Source: the human T2T-CHM13v2.0 reference genome, Homo sapiens
Reading direction: 5' to 3' (one strand)
NCBI RefSeq assembly: GCF_009914755.1
Contig: NC_060939.1
DNA length: 64,000 nt
A program made the position numbers and the translations under genes. Below, one piece after another: positions 27,024 to 40,489 of this stretch (its first letter is position 1; each line of letters begins with the position of its first letter). Below the pieces are notes generated by a model. It was not told the origin of the DNA. It saw only the letters and a program-made list of their open reading frames with translations, and made no database searches.

Positions 27024-27440
27024 GGTTTCAAGAACTTTAATAGGACTTTGCATTGCAAGATTTCAGTTTATAAGGTCTGGCCTGCCTTTGCCAGAATATA
27101 CTAGGCGTACTGAACCTTTTGACCAAAGAAACACTAAAATATTTACATTCGACAATTATCATCTGTGGTCATGGTGATGTTAGCCCCTAGTTTTGAGGTA
27201 ATGGCCTCCCCCAGCTTCAGAACATGCTCTAAGCCTGTTTGGAACATATCTCAGGCTAGGGACAGCTTGAGACTAAGTCAGCCCAGGCAATACAGTGATG
27301 CTTCTCATCTGTTTGGTCAGTGCTGAGTGGAGACAGAGTGGATCAGACGATCCTAGGAGACCCCTTCCTCATACTGCTCTGGTTCTATCCCTGAAGTGAT
27401 TTCTGAAGATGTTGGCCATCAGGCATAAAAACTCAAATTG

Positions 27441-27608
27441 GGCCAGGAACAGTGGCTTAATGCTTGTAATCCCAGCACTTTGGGAGGCCAAGGCAGCCAA
27501 TCTCTTGAGCCCAGGAGTTCGAGACCAGCCTGGCAACATGGCAAAACCCTGTCTCTACAAACAATACAAAATTTAACTGGGTGTGGTAGGGAATGCCTGT
27601 AATCCCAG
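27441..27608 (+). mobile_element. AluJ, 3'-truncated (left arm plus start of right arm)
   Basis: ggccagg..cttgagcccaggagttcgagaccagcctgg..gcctgtaatcccag then abrupt end, no tail. Confidence 0.9.
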
Positions 27609-27639
27609 GGGAAGTGGTGTCTGTAAGGGTGGAAGTGTA

Positions 27640-28450
27640 GATAGGGGTAGCCAGGCAGGGATGGGCTTGGGAGAGGAGACAAGCAAGGTTTGGAGGGCTT
27701 AAGACTAACTTGGGCAGAGGCAAGAGCATACAGAAAGGCTCAGAGACGGGGCTGGGCGTCGTGGCTCACGCCTGTGTAATCCCAGCACTTTTGGAGGCCG
27801 AGGCGGGCAGATCACGAGGTCAGGAACTTGAGACCATCCTGGCTAACACGGTGAAATCTCATCTCTACTAAAAATACAAAAAATTAGCCGGGTGTGGTGG
27901 CGAGTGCCTGTAGTCCCAGCTACTTGGGAGGCTGAGGCGGGAGACTAGCGTGAACCCAGGAGGTGGAGCTTGCAGTGAGCTGAGATCTCGCCACTGCGTT
28001 CCATCCAGCCTGGGTGACAGAGTGAGACTCCGTCTAAAAAAAAAAAAGAAAGAAAGAAAGGCTCAGAGACAGAAGAGAACATGGCATCTTTGAGAACCTG
28101 AGGAAAGTTTAATATGGCCCACGCATTGGGTTCACTGGCGGCAGATGGAGCTTGAGAAGGAGGCAGTGCAGGATAACAAAGGGCTTCCTAAGCCGTATTA
28201 AGAAGGTAGGATTGGACTTCCCCTTGAAGGTAATGGGGAGCCACTGAAAGTTCTAAATAGGAGAATGAAGTAATTAGATTTGTGCTTTAGAAAGATCATT
28301 CTAGCTTCTCGAGTGGAGGCAATAGAGGAAGATATTGGAGATGGGGGCAGTTAGGAAGCTCTGGGGGTGTGAGATGGTGGGGGATTGGACCTGGGCAGTG
28401 GTGGTGATAGGAAGAGGAAGAGGAAGTGGGGAGGATGCCTGAAAGTCTGG
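27640..28450 (-). mobile_element. L2 fragment interrupted by AluY
   Basis: gaaggtaatggggagccactgaaagttctaaatagg..agatttgtgctttagaaagatcattctagct. Confidence 0.8.
27750..28054 (+). mobile_element. AluY SINE
   Basis: gatcacgaggtcagga..gaccatcctggctaacacgg, gagcttgcagtg; 16-bp TSD agaaaggctcagagac (27732-27747/28055-28070). Confidence 0.97.
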
Positions 28451-29534
28451 AGGCTGGAACGATAAGCTAATCCAGACTAGAGGCCACGCTCCCTCTTCCA
28501 GCAGAGTGTCTGGGGGCCTGCTGCATTTTCCCATGCACTGTAGTCTGTTGTCAGAGAGGAAGACACCTAAGAGAAGGGGTTGTGTGGGCTGGAGCTGTGG
28601 AGGAAAGCCTGTGGCATGCCATTAACAGGATGGGCCTCAGGTCAACAGGACTTAGCCTCTAGGTTAATCCCCTTGGAAGGAGGACGAGACTTTGCTTCCT
28701 CCTCTAAGCCCCCAGGCCAGCCTCAGCCTGTGACCTCATGCCTTGCCTATTCTCATATGAGCTTCTTTCTTGCCTGTTGGCCTCTGAGGCTTCCCACCTG
28801 AATAAGCCCAGCCACCGCTTATGCTTCCTGATCCCCTGATCCAGTTCCTCACACTGTAAGAAAGTCCTGAGCCTCCCCATGGAATGTCATGCTCCTACCT
28901 CTAAGGCAGCCACTTGCTCTATGCCTTTGAGCACTCTTGGCTCTGAAAGTCTTCTATTCATGGAGAGCTGGTGCCTAGTGGAACCAAGAGAGGCTGAGTC
29001 CAGAAAAGTGGCTTCTTTAGGAGTGGGTTAAACTCTCCACCTCAGACAAACCCATCCCAGACCCAAGCTATAAGATCAAGCCAAAGGCCCAAGTCCTGGT
29101 TCAGGGCTCCCAAGGGTATGGGCTATAACTCCCAGCTCCTCTTCTGCACATACCCCATGAGCCACAAAAGTTCTTCTCCCATTCTTGGTGAATATTCACA
29201 CCAAATATTGATGTCAGAGTGCATATTTCCCCTAAAATGCTCCATCCATGAGCATTGTGAGAGAGGAATATGAGTGCAGGGTCGAGAGGCTCTCTTAGCT
29301 CTGTAGGTGGGAGGCAGGGAGCAGAGTTCTTAAGCCAGCCCCTCCCGGCAGCCCCACCACTGCCTCTGAGCACTAATTAGAGATGAGCTCAGGCCTGTGG
29401 AACATATGGTTTGTCAGTTTTGTTTCCAGGTGAAGCCAAGAAAAGGAGATGGAAAGGAAACTCTTGGCAGAGGGAGAGGCTCTGAGGAGGGGGTGCCCAG
29501 AGGGTCCCCTGGCCTTTTCCTCATGGACTGGTGA

Positions 29535-29950
29535 TTATCAGAGCGCATGCCTCTGGCTGTAGGTCATCCAGCCCAAACAAGAAGGAGTTTTATCATCTCA
29601 CAGGACAAGAAACCCAGAGGTGGGGCGGGATCCAGGGCACAAGGTGGGCTGCTTTGGCTCTGCTGCTCCTCCATCAGCTGCACTCTATTCTGAGGGAGAC
29701 CAGCTCTCTTCCTGCAATGTTTAAAAATCAATGTGAGATCATTATTCATGCCTCCCAGCAGACTTTCTCTCACATCTCATTAGCCAGGATTATTCAAAGA
29801 TCCCTTTCTAAAACAATTAGCAAGGGACATAGGACTGTTGTGACCATCCCGGGGAAGCCCTTCACCTTCCGGAGGAGGCAGTTGTCCCTGAGCCCAATCC
29901 AGGATCCGTGGAATGGGAGAAACGATTGGTAGGGGCATGGATACTGGATA
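29535..29950 (-). mobile_element. Old MaLR LTR (MLT1K/L-like)
   Basis: tttatcatctcacaggacaagaaacccagaggtgggg..cagactttctctcacatctcattagccagga. Confidence 0.6.
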
Positions 29951-30129
29951 GGTAACCAAGGCCAACAGGGTGAGATTGACACCAGTCTGGACTCTTTCTC
30001 TGCATCATTTAGAAAGAAAAGGCAATCTTTCTAATAGTAAGAAAGAAAGAGATGAGAGTTGTGGCAGATCAGGGGCTAAACTGGACATTTGCACTCAGAG
30101 TTCTTCCCATCTGTACTTTCTGCTGTTCA

Positions 30130-30320
30130 CAGCACTTTTCTGCCCAAAGTCTGGTTCAATAATCATAATGACCCTGTGAGTAAGGCAGGGAAATGATTAT
30201 CATCTCCCCTTGACAGGTGAGAAAAAGGAAACACAAGGAGCTAAAGTGACTTCCCAGACCCCTTCCAGGCATCCTTTAGTCATGCCACCTAGATATATTG
30301 GCATGTCATGTGGCTTATTT
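30130..30320 (-). mobile_element. MIR fragment
   Basis: ccctgtgagtaaggcaggg..ttgacaggtgagaaaa..taaagtgacttccc. Confidence 0.65.
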
Positions 30321-30545
30321 TTAGATCTTTTAGGAAAAAGTTTCATTCTCACCAATCTCACCAGAGGTCTGCCTGAGGAGTCAAGTATCCAGGGATTCAA
30401 GGAGCTTCCAGAATATCCATGACATTTTTTCTCTTCCAACTCATGGAAGGAGATACAAAGACCTCCTTCCTGACGCAGAGCACAGGCCTTTTCTATTATT
30501 CTGGAAACAGGTTGCTTCCTAAATCAACGTTGCTGTCCAGGGAGC

Positions 30546-30566
30546 AGCGCTGTCCTTGGTACTGGG
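30546..30566 (-). promoter_or_regulatory. RE1/NRSE-like REST motif (CCCAGTACCAAGGACAGCGCT)
   Basis: 16/21 match to TTCAGCACCACGGACAGCGCC with canonical 2-bp spacer; a second right half-site (gctgtcc) lies 17 bp upstream. Confidence 0.45.
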
Positions 30567-30716
30567 CACTACTTCCTGTCATTGGCCATCCTCAATTGTC
30601 TTTCCTTTTCAGCTTCAAGGCTGAATTCTTAAACCAAGATCTAGAGGGATTACAGGAACTATAGTTAACCCTAACATCACATCTTGTTGCCCCACTGAGG
30701 AATTCTTCTATGGTAG

Positions 30717-31143
30717 TGTGTTAGGCTGTTTTTTTAATTTTTATTCTTATTTTTTTTATTTTTTTTTTTGCATTGGTATAAAGAAATAGCTGAGGCTAAG
30801 TAATTTATAAGAAAAGAGGTTTAATTGGCTCATGGTTATGCAGGCTTTACAGGAAGCATGGTGCTGGCATCTGCTTCTGGTGAGGGGCCCAGGAAATTTT
30901 CACTCATGATGGAAGGCAAAGTGGGAGCAGCCATCTTACATGGCAAAAGTGGGAGCAAGGGGCGGGGGTGCCACACACTTTTAAACAACCAGATCTCATG
31001 AGAACTCACTATTGCAAGGACAGCACCAAGCCATGAGGGATCCACCCCCATGACCCAAACACCTCCTACCAGGCCCCACCTCCAACATTGGGGATTATAT
31101 TCCAACATGAGATTTTGGTTGTACAAATATCCAAATCGTATCA
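30717..31143 (-). mobile_element. MSTA/MSTB MaLR solo LTR
   Basis: TG...CA termini, perfect 5-bp TSD ggtag (30712-30716/31144-31148), aagaaaagaggtttaattggctca, ccagatctcatgagaactcact. Confidence 0.95.
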
Positions 31144-31231
31144 GGTAGGCAAGGTAGGAATGGATTTGCAAGTTCCAGACACATGCTCTTGGGCTCTCCT
31201 GTTGTCTTAGCACATGTCTACAGCACTAGTT

Positions 31232-31449
31232 CAGGAGCTCGTAAGCTATGGCCCACAGTCAAATCTGGCCTGCCACCTGTTTTTGTAAATAAAGTTTTAT
31301 TGGAACTCAGCCATGTGTGTTTACTTATTGTCTGTGGCTGCTTTTGCTCTACCACAGCAGAGCTGGGCAGTGGTGACAGAGACCGTATGGCTTAAAAAGG
31401 CTAAATATTTACTAACTGGTCCTTTACAGAAAGAAATTGCCAACTCCTG
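31232..31449 (+). mobile_element. MER58A hAT MITE
   Basis: ctatggccca..caaatctggcctgccacctgtttttgtaaataaagttttattggaac; TIRs cagg...cctg. Confidence 0.92.
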
Positions 31450-31761
31450 TTCTTGTTTATTCTCTTTGGGGCAGATTTTTGTTCTGAGCACAAGCCTGTG
31501 TTACTCATAATTCCCTTTATCCCTATTGATCCCTATCTACCCCCAACCCCCTAGCTTAGGATCCATGCAATCCTGAAAGACACAATCCCAAATGTTTAAA
31601 TCCTGAAAGCTGAATTCTGGGAAAGGGATTAGTGCAGTTTGGGTTATAGCAGCATAGTTGCATCATATTAATTGCATCCTGTTAAGCGGAACTATTATCT
31701 TCTTATTATATTTGTTGGTTTAAGAAGATGCATGTGGGAGCCAGGTTGACAAGGGGTAGAC

Positions 31762-32324
31762 TTGGGGAGTTAATTTTAGGTGTCAATTTGACCAGATTAA
31801 GGAAAACCTAGAAACCTGGTAAAGCATTGTTTTGGGTGTGTCTGCGGGGTGTTTCCAGAGGAGATTAGTGTGTGAATTCAGTGGACTAGGTGGAAAAGAT
31901 CTGCCCTCAGTGTTAGCAGGCACCATCCTCTTGCCCAGGGGCCCAAAGAGAACACATACAGAGGGTGGACTCCGCTCTCTGAGAGCTGGGACAGGCTTTT
32001 CTTCTGCTGCCTTGGACATCAGAACTCCAGGCCCACCAGCCTTTGACTCCAGGCCCACCAAGATTGACACCAGCGGCCTCCCAAGTCCTCAGGCTTTCTG
32101 CCTTGGACTGAGAGTTACCCCATCTGCTTCCCTGGTTCTGAGGTCTTTGGACATAGGCTGAGCCATGCTACTGACATCCCAGGGTCTTTAGCTTGTAGAC
32201 AGACTGCCAAGGGACTTATCAGCCACCATAGTTTTGTGAGCCAATTCCCCTAGTAAATCACCTCTCATATGTCTATATACATATCCTATTGGTTCTGTCT
32301 CTCTGGAGAACCCTGATTAATATA
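31762..32324 (+). mobile_element. MLT2B-like ERVL LTR captured inside Ricksha
   Basis: gttaattttaggtgtcaa.ttgac..gggtgtttccagaggagattag..cctattggttctgtctctctggagaaccctgattaata, followed by aatttggt (PBS-like start). Confidence 0.88.
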
Positions 32325-32381
32325 AATTTGGTCTTGGGGAAGCTGAATATTATTTCTTCTTACTGTATTCCTTACAACACA

Positions 32382-32782
32382 ACAGAAGAGATCTGTAAAA
32401 TTTTTCCCTCAGAAAAAGGCTGTGATAAGTTAAGTGACAAGGCTACTTAATGGTGAAACATAAAAGTTTAAAGACTAATAATTACTGGTGCTGCAAAAGC
32501 AGAAAATTGCTTAATGGCAATGGCCAAGCAATAACCAGACTTTCTAATGGACAACACATCTTTACAAAATTTGTAAACCACAATCACTCTCCAAATACAA
32601 GTGCAGTGAGTGTTTTGAAGATCATACATGAACTGAAAATGCAGGCGAAAAATACAAGAAATCTCCCTTGCCAAATTAGTCAATCATGTGTGACTTCTGA
32701 CCCTTCACGCATAGCATCTATTTGCTATGCTATGTATTTCATCTTTGCATCATCTTCAATATTGGAGGTAGAAATTGTGTAG
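32382..32782 (+). pseudogene. Decayed MULE transposase N-terminus (FLYWCH zinc finger); ORF 32450-32782
   Basis: Joining frames across a 1-bp frameshift near 32437 gives EEICKIFPSEKGCDKLS-x-QGYLMVKHKSLKTNNYWCCKSRKLLNGNGQAITRLSNGQHIFTKFVNHNH, matching the F..S.KG..L..GY...YW.C...(C).GRA.T...HNH pattern. Confidence 0.8.
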
Positions 32783-32924
32783 ACCTTTAGAGAATTCTAA
32801 TTTGTTGTATGCATTTTTTTTCAAGTTTGACTCCATAAAAGTGCATTATCACAATGTTGGCTTTGTGTGTAAGTATTGTGTATGTATATAAAAATGTCTA
32901 AACTTCCTCAAGAAATGAAGAGAT

Positions 32925-33372
<448 letters not shown>

Positions 33373-34085
33373 TCAGTTATAAAGCTGGGTGCACACAATT
33401 ACCAAACATAGTGATACGCATGTACAGCTTTTGCTTTTTGACCTATTTCTTTATCAATGTGACTCCTCTGCTCATAACTGTTATACCCATGTGACTGTCG
33501 TTAGGATACTGAATGTTTATGATTACAAAAATACATATGCCATCATTGCCTGTGTTGTTGTGTAAAGGTGTCAATGAAGTGTTCTGTCATGTTTTTATAT
33601 GTTTCCCAAATAATCCATTTTAAAAATGTAAGTAAATATTTTTTAAAGCATTAAATTTTTTTCAGAGTTATATTTTCAGGGTTTTCATCTTTCAAGAATG
33701 TGAATGTGGGGATTTTAGACTTTAGGGATTTTGATATTTTAGGATTTTGACATCCAGGATTATGGCATTTGGGATGTGTCTTTCAGGACTATGGCCCGGA
33801 CCATTTAGGAAGGAGTCTTTTCCCAGCTTTCTCAGTTCCTGGGTAAACTGGCTTCCTGACCTAAACGGGTCCTAGGTCCATCTCATCTCTTTAAATTCAA
33901 ACTGCTCTCAAATACAAACTCAGTGGTCCTCTCTGGCCTCTTCCCACAGATGTTTCTCAAACCCATTCATCTAAGGCTGAGCACACAGCCTACTTAGCTT
34001 CCCCGAGCAAAGCCTCTAGTCTAGACAAGGCCACAGTTAATACAGGAGTCACCCCTATGAGACATACTTCTTTATAATCTTTCTC

Positions 34086-34520
34086 AGTGTGTTAGGACTT
34101 TTTCAGATGCAAATAACAGAAACCTGATCCAAATTAGCTTAATAAAGAAAAAATAACTCTGCAGAAAATTCCAGAAATAGATCTCACTGCTCCCAGCACA
34201 CAGGTGATGCCATCAGAACTCAGCCTCATGTTCCATCTTGACTCTGCATTCCTCAATATTGGCTTTGTTTAGACAGGCCTCCAAATAGCTTTGGCTCGTG
34301 TCCTCAGCAGAAAGAGAGATCCCCTTCATTCTAACATAAGAGCCCAGAGCTGAGTCTCAGAGCTCAGGTGGATCACATGATCGCCTCTGAACCAATCACT
34401 ATGGCCTGGGGGATGGGATGTTAGGATTGGCCAGGCTTGGACCACATGGTAATGCGAATATTGGGGAGGTAACGCCACTGGACAGACAGAGTGGCAGAGG
34501 GGTGATCCAGAGTGGAGAAT
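34086..34520 (-). mobile_element. MLT1K-like MaLR LTR
   Basis: gttaggactttttcagatgcaaataacagaaacc..tctgaaccaatcactatggcc..gattggccaggct. Confidence 0.75.
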
Positions 34521-35039
34521 GCTCCTACCTACCAGGTGGAGGGCCAATGCAGGCTGGCCAGGCAAGGACAATAGGTGGACACCTCACCTCACTTGCCTGG
34601 TTTGTTTGACTTCTCACTTACAGATTGTCATTTTCTTCTTCTCTGCTGTCTTCTCAAGGGGCTGTATCAGCGTTCAAGTCTCTCTCAGCCTACATGATAA
34701 AGTCTGTGCTGCTTCTTAGGCTGAAATACACCCTCCCTTCTGTCTACCCATAAGCCTTGCCTCCCACCATCTCCTTTATCTCACGAGCTCTGGCAATATT
34801 GAGCTTCCACCAGCAGTGCCCCAGTGGCCCCAGGTCTACAGTCTAGTTTTGCACTTTCCATTCCTTTTGCCTTTCCCATTTTGTCTGCATGGCACACTTC
34901 TGATCTACTGCCCAGATCAAGAGTCCTCTCCTCTGGGAAGTCACATCCTCACCTCTAGGACAGAAGAAAGCACCCCCTCATCTGTGCTATCACTGCCCTG
35001 TACTACTGTCCCATGGGGTCTATCTCTCTGTCTCTTTCT

Positions 35040-35760
35040 GTTTATCTTTGTCTTCTGTTTTAGACAATGAGCTCCTCAAGGTCAGAGATGTTTTCAGGCA
35101 ATGTTTGTTGAGTGAAAACCTTTCCCTGGGGGTTGGCCTTTGTGTGGCTTCTCCAACTCCAGCCTTAGAGCAATGCTAGATCCTCTAAAATCCCATAAGA
35201 TTAGTGGGAGACTATAGGCTAAAAAGGGGGATAAAGCCAAGTAGATGCATTACTAATTAATTCAGCAGACATCTAGTGAATACTTTCAGTGCCAAGCACT
35301 GTGCTAAGTGATGGGACCACAGAGGTGATTCGGGCATATTCCCAATCTCAAGAAATTCACTGTGGAATAGAGAAATGAAGTTATCTAAGCTGCTTGCGTT
35401 TCCCTCATTCTCTGGCCGATATCTAACCTAGTATCTGACACATAGTCAATGTTTAATAAACAGTTACTGAACAAATAAATGAATAAATGAGCAAGTGAGG
35501 GAACAAATGCTATGGAGGGTACACATAAGGCTGTGTCAGAGTATGGGGAAGAAAAGAGTGCTGGGAATATCCTTTCATCATCTCTCATTTACTGAGGCAT
35601 ATGCTGGTTGTTGGGGATTCAGAGAGAAGGGGCGCTTGTCCCCTGTTCTTGAAGATCCTGCAGCCCAGGGGACAGAAAAAATCAATGTTTACAAGACAGT
35701 GTGAGAATTACTGAGCAGAGATATGCTGAGAACTGTGATAAGACAGCATGGTGGGGGGAT
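35040..35760. mobile_element. Cluster of L2 3' ends in alternating orientation (+,-,+,-)
   Basis: aatgtttgttgagtg (+), ttcagcagacat..gtgccaagcactgtgctaag (-), tgacacatagtcaatgtttaataaa..aatgaataaatga (+), catttactgagg..tggggattcagag (-). Confidence 0.6.
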
Positions 35761-36063
35761 GCATGGAAGAGAAACCAATGAATTAATTGATTGTCCAATC
35801 AGTGTCCTCTGTAATGACATCTCTATGTTCTCTGCCCTTTCCTGGTTTTTCTGTGGGAGCTCCAAGAAAATACTAATTCATTTGGTCAAGGAGATCCTAA
35901 TCAATATGGGGGAGGACCACTCATGAAACACTAAGTGAAGAGTCAAAATATTGGACAGTGGTTCCATGCTAAATCATGACACAGAAAGTCACAGAAGGGA
36001 GAGCTCAGGTTCCTAGTGGGCCTAAGTGGTCAGGAAAGGCTTCCTGCAGGAGAGGCATTCTGA

Positions 36064-36414
<351 letters not shown>

Positions 36415-36429
36415 TTTTTATACTTTTAT

Positions 36430-36845
36430 AGTTTACTCCACAGGCAGCAAAGAATCATGGAAGAGTAGTGAGCTGGGGAGGGGTATGTTCAAATATGGAT
36501 TTTACAAAAATTACTTTGGGCATAATATAGAGAATGGGGGAGGGAGATGGGGAATGCAATATAGGATATAGGGGAACAACCTGGGGGCTTTGTCATAGAA
36601 CTAGTGAAAGATTATGACAGCCTCAGCCTCATCCTTCAATTGAGATAACCTGGCTTCCAGTAATAGGAAGGTCATTCCAAACAGTTTCTTTCCCTTGGCT
36701 CATGGCCAAGTTAAGGTTTCTTGGGGGTTCCAGTCCATTTAACAAATATTTATTGCACTAGGCAGGAATGGAGCTAGACACTGAGGATAGAACTGTGAAC
36801 AAAACAACATTGCCTGTCTTCAAGGAACTTCCATTCTAATAGTCA
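36430..36845 (-). mobile_element. L2 fragments
   Basis: atttaacaaatatttattg..ctagacactgaggatagaactgtgaacaaaac..caaggaacttccattcta. Confidence 0.7.
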
Positions 36846-37809
36846 TCTCTATGGCTGCAGGTGGCTCCCAGGGAGAGAGGAAAGCTGGTTCAAAGTTGCC
36901 TTTCAGGATGGCAGAACTGGGAGATACTCTTAGCAGTCAGTCCACACATCCCCCCACCTACAGCCCCATGGCTAATAAGCCATGTGTTTCTTCCATTTTA
37001 TCCCATTTAATCCCGATCCCCAGCAGAGCCTAATGAGGCAGATGTTGGTGCCCATTATGCAATGATAATGAGGGGGCAAGGACTCCCTGGGATACCACTG
37101 ACAATGACTTCCCTTAGAGGGTACTAAGGCAGCTATGGGAAGATGCTTTTGAGGATCAGGTGGGGAGTGTGCAGGGAGGCCCAGTCTCAGGAAGACGGGG
37201 CAGTTCCTCAGTGCCTGTGTTGGTCCCTAGGACTCCCGGGGAGGGCTGCACCACTCACCAAAGCAACACTGAGAGCCACAGAATGCTAATCAGACTCAGA
37301 CATCAGGATCTCAGACAATAACTGCGATACTGAAAATACACAAAATAACCAGGCAGCCTTTGTAATTAACTTCCGCTCCCTTCCAGCAGTCATTTGGAGT
37401 TAATGGTTTCTTAATTCAGTGCTCATTTGGTGACTTTAATTTCCAATTAATTTTGCCGATTTTCCTCCGAGGTGCTCATGGTGTGATAGAAAATTCCTAT
37501 ATGGTGAAATCCCCACCACAGGGACCTGGAGTGGGTGGGGAAGAAAGGGGCTAGGGTCAAGCTGCCACCAGAAGACCAGACTCCTGCCTGAGTGTCAGGA
37601 ATCAGCATCTCCTGGGTTCAGGAGGTCCTTGGGGAGTTCAGGGGTCCATGAGAGACTCCTCCCCTAAGAGGGGGCTGGTGAGAGCTGATAAAGTGGTGCA
37701 GGGGTTGAAGGTACCCCTGAATTTTTCTAGCTCTGGAGAGTTTTGAGTCATAGTGGATGGGGCAGGAGAGGAAGCCCAGCTCTCCTGGAAGCATCAGGGA
37801 AGGGGTCAG

Positions 37810-38253
37810 GACCAAGCACAGTGCCCTCCCTTCCATCAAGCAGAGGCATTTAAGAGATCTTGGTCCAGATCCCCTTTGCTGGGCCAATGCCCTCATTGCC
37901 CAGCTGCTGCAGATGTCAGCTGCTATCAGCTCACAGCCTCCCCCTTCTCTAGAGTTGCCTTTGGCCAGTGAGATTCACCTCTTCTGGAAAGTTACATTAC
38001 CCATGGCTCGGGACATCCTGTACACAAGGACTGAGTGGTATAGACAGAAGGCTGCATCCCTTCTCCTTAATCTCCCTCCCTTTTGCCTCAAGGTGAGTCT
38101 GCCACTGTGATGAGCTAGTGTTCCAGAGTGGTGCAGCCAGACCCAGATGAGGCCACATCCTTGCTTAAGTCCTTCCCTCCCTTTCTGCTGCCAGTAAATC
38201 CCATGCACCTGAATCTCTGTCTTGGGCTTAGCTTCTGGGGAACCCAAATGACA
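37810..38253 (+). mobile_element. ERVL solo LTR, LTR16-like
   Basis: ccagatcccctt..cccagctgctgc..3' end atgcacctgaatctctgtcttgggcttagcttctggggaacccaaatgaca. Confidence 0.7.
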
Positions 38254-38264
38254 CCAATAGTTTA

Positions 38265-38988
<724 letters not shown>

Positions 38989-39049
38989 TAGAGCACTCTT
39001 TTAGGCAAACTTTCCCCTCTGGGGATGCTCCTGAAGATCAATAGCATCG

Positions 39050-39200
39050 TGCAACAGACAAGTGCTGGTGAGTGAAAGTCAGACATCAGATTCTAGTGCT
39101 CACTGTGTCTCTGACTCTCTTTGTGACTTGGGATGAGTCATTTTCCACCGGTGGGCCCTCGCTTCTCCAGCTCTACTATGTGAATGAGAGTTAGTGACAA
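39050..39200 (+). mobile_element. MIR fragment
   Basis: aagtcagacatcagattctagt..ttgtgacttgggatgagtcattt. Confidence 0.55.
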
Positions 39201-40489
39201 AGACTTGAAGAGCCCCAGCTATAATGTTTTGGCTTTATGAAGTGGAGACACTTTATGAAGTGGTCCTTCCTAGGGGATCCCCCATTAGAGGATGAGAACA
39301 GATGTCCATGGAAGGCAGAGGAGCTACTTTCCATGACCTGTGGGCATCAATGGCTCTGTTCCCAAAGGATTGAGGAGGGGATCCACAGGGCCACAGAAGA
39401 ACGTAAGTCACAGTGACTGCTCAGTGGCCATATATGGAACATTCATTCATCAGCAAGCACTTATAGGGTGCCTACCTCATGCCAGGGACCCTGCACATGT
39501 AACTCATGTTTCCTTAAGCTAGGGAACAATGAGGTACAATCATAGCAATTGCCATCAATTCATTGACCCTTTCCCTACTTACCATTGAAGGACCAACCCC
39601 ATGTAAAGTCACCCCACTTCCACACACACAGTGATTTTTGGAATTTCCATGGGTATCTCCATTGTACACAGGGATAAATATTTTCTGTTATTAAATGGGG
39701 GGTGTGCTGTGTCCTTGCTCTCCCTTCCTGAGACCCTCACAGTGATGCTCACTGTCTGTGAAGTCATAGGAGGGGACCCCGCTGCTGAAGCCTTTTATGA
39801 GAAAGCCATATTCCCTCTGCTCCCAAAGCTGCCAGTCCACAAGTGCCATGAAGTGTGATGGTTTCTCTGACCTTTATTGCTCCTCAAAGGAAGAGGAGAA
39901 CCCCCTCAGTCTCCTGAAGCAGGGCTAGGCCAGGGGGACGGCAGTGAGGGAGGGTGAACAGGACTGGTATAAATATTGCTTCTTTTCTTCTCCCCCATCC
40001 TGACTTCCTCCTTCTCCAAACCTTAGGGATACCATGTCCAGGGGCAGCTTCCTCCCACAGACCAGGGAGGCAGGGAGGTGCAGGGCAGCATTCCATCTGC
40101 CTTCTTCCCCTCTGTGAGTCCCACCTACCTCACCTGCCCCCAAATCCCAATCCTCAGAAGTGTCCACAGCACAGCTGCTGTCAGATCAAAACCTCTGCTG
40201 GACAGCTCCGCTGAGGCCCTTGTTGGGGAACTGGAGCTGTCATGGCTATGTCTGCCACAGGTCCCAATCCACAGCTGGTAGGAGCTGCAAAGTCCAGCCA
40301 GCCAGGACTGGTTTTTTATTTTTCTAATGAAAAATAAAAACAGACACCTTTGCAGGGAAGAAGACCAACCTTACTCTTAGAGCCAGGGCATTATGCCACA
40401 AAGTGGCCTTGTGCAACCCCAGGGCTTGGCTGTGTGACTGGAAGAGTCAGCCCTGACGGAAGCTTCCTTGCTATGCTTTCAGCTTACCT

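Noticed and set aside
33690-33790. Short repeated gggatttt units resembling a repeat-spacer array
   Set aside because: Subterminal repeats of the Ricksha TIR; not CRISPR-like (eukaryotic DNA, no fixed repeat or unique spacers)
39428-39437. Perfect CArG box CCATATATGG
   Set aside because: CC(A/T)6GG is expected several times per 64 kb by chance; no supporting context
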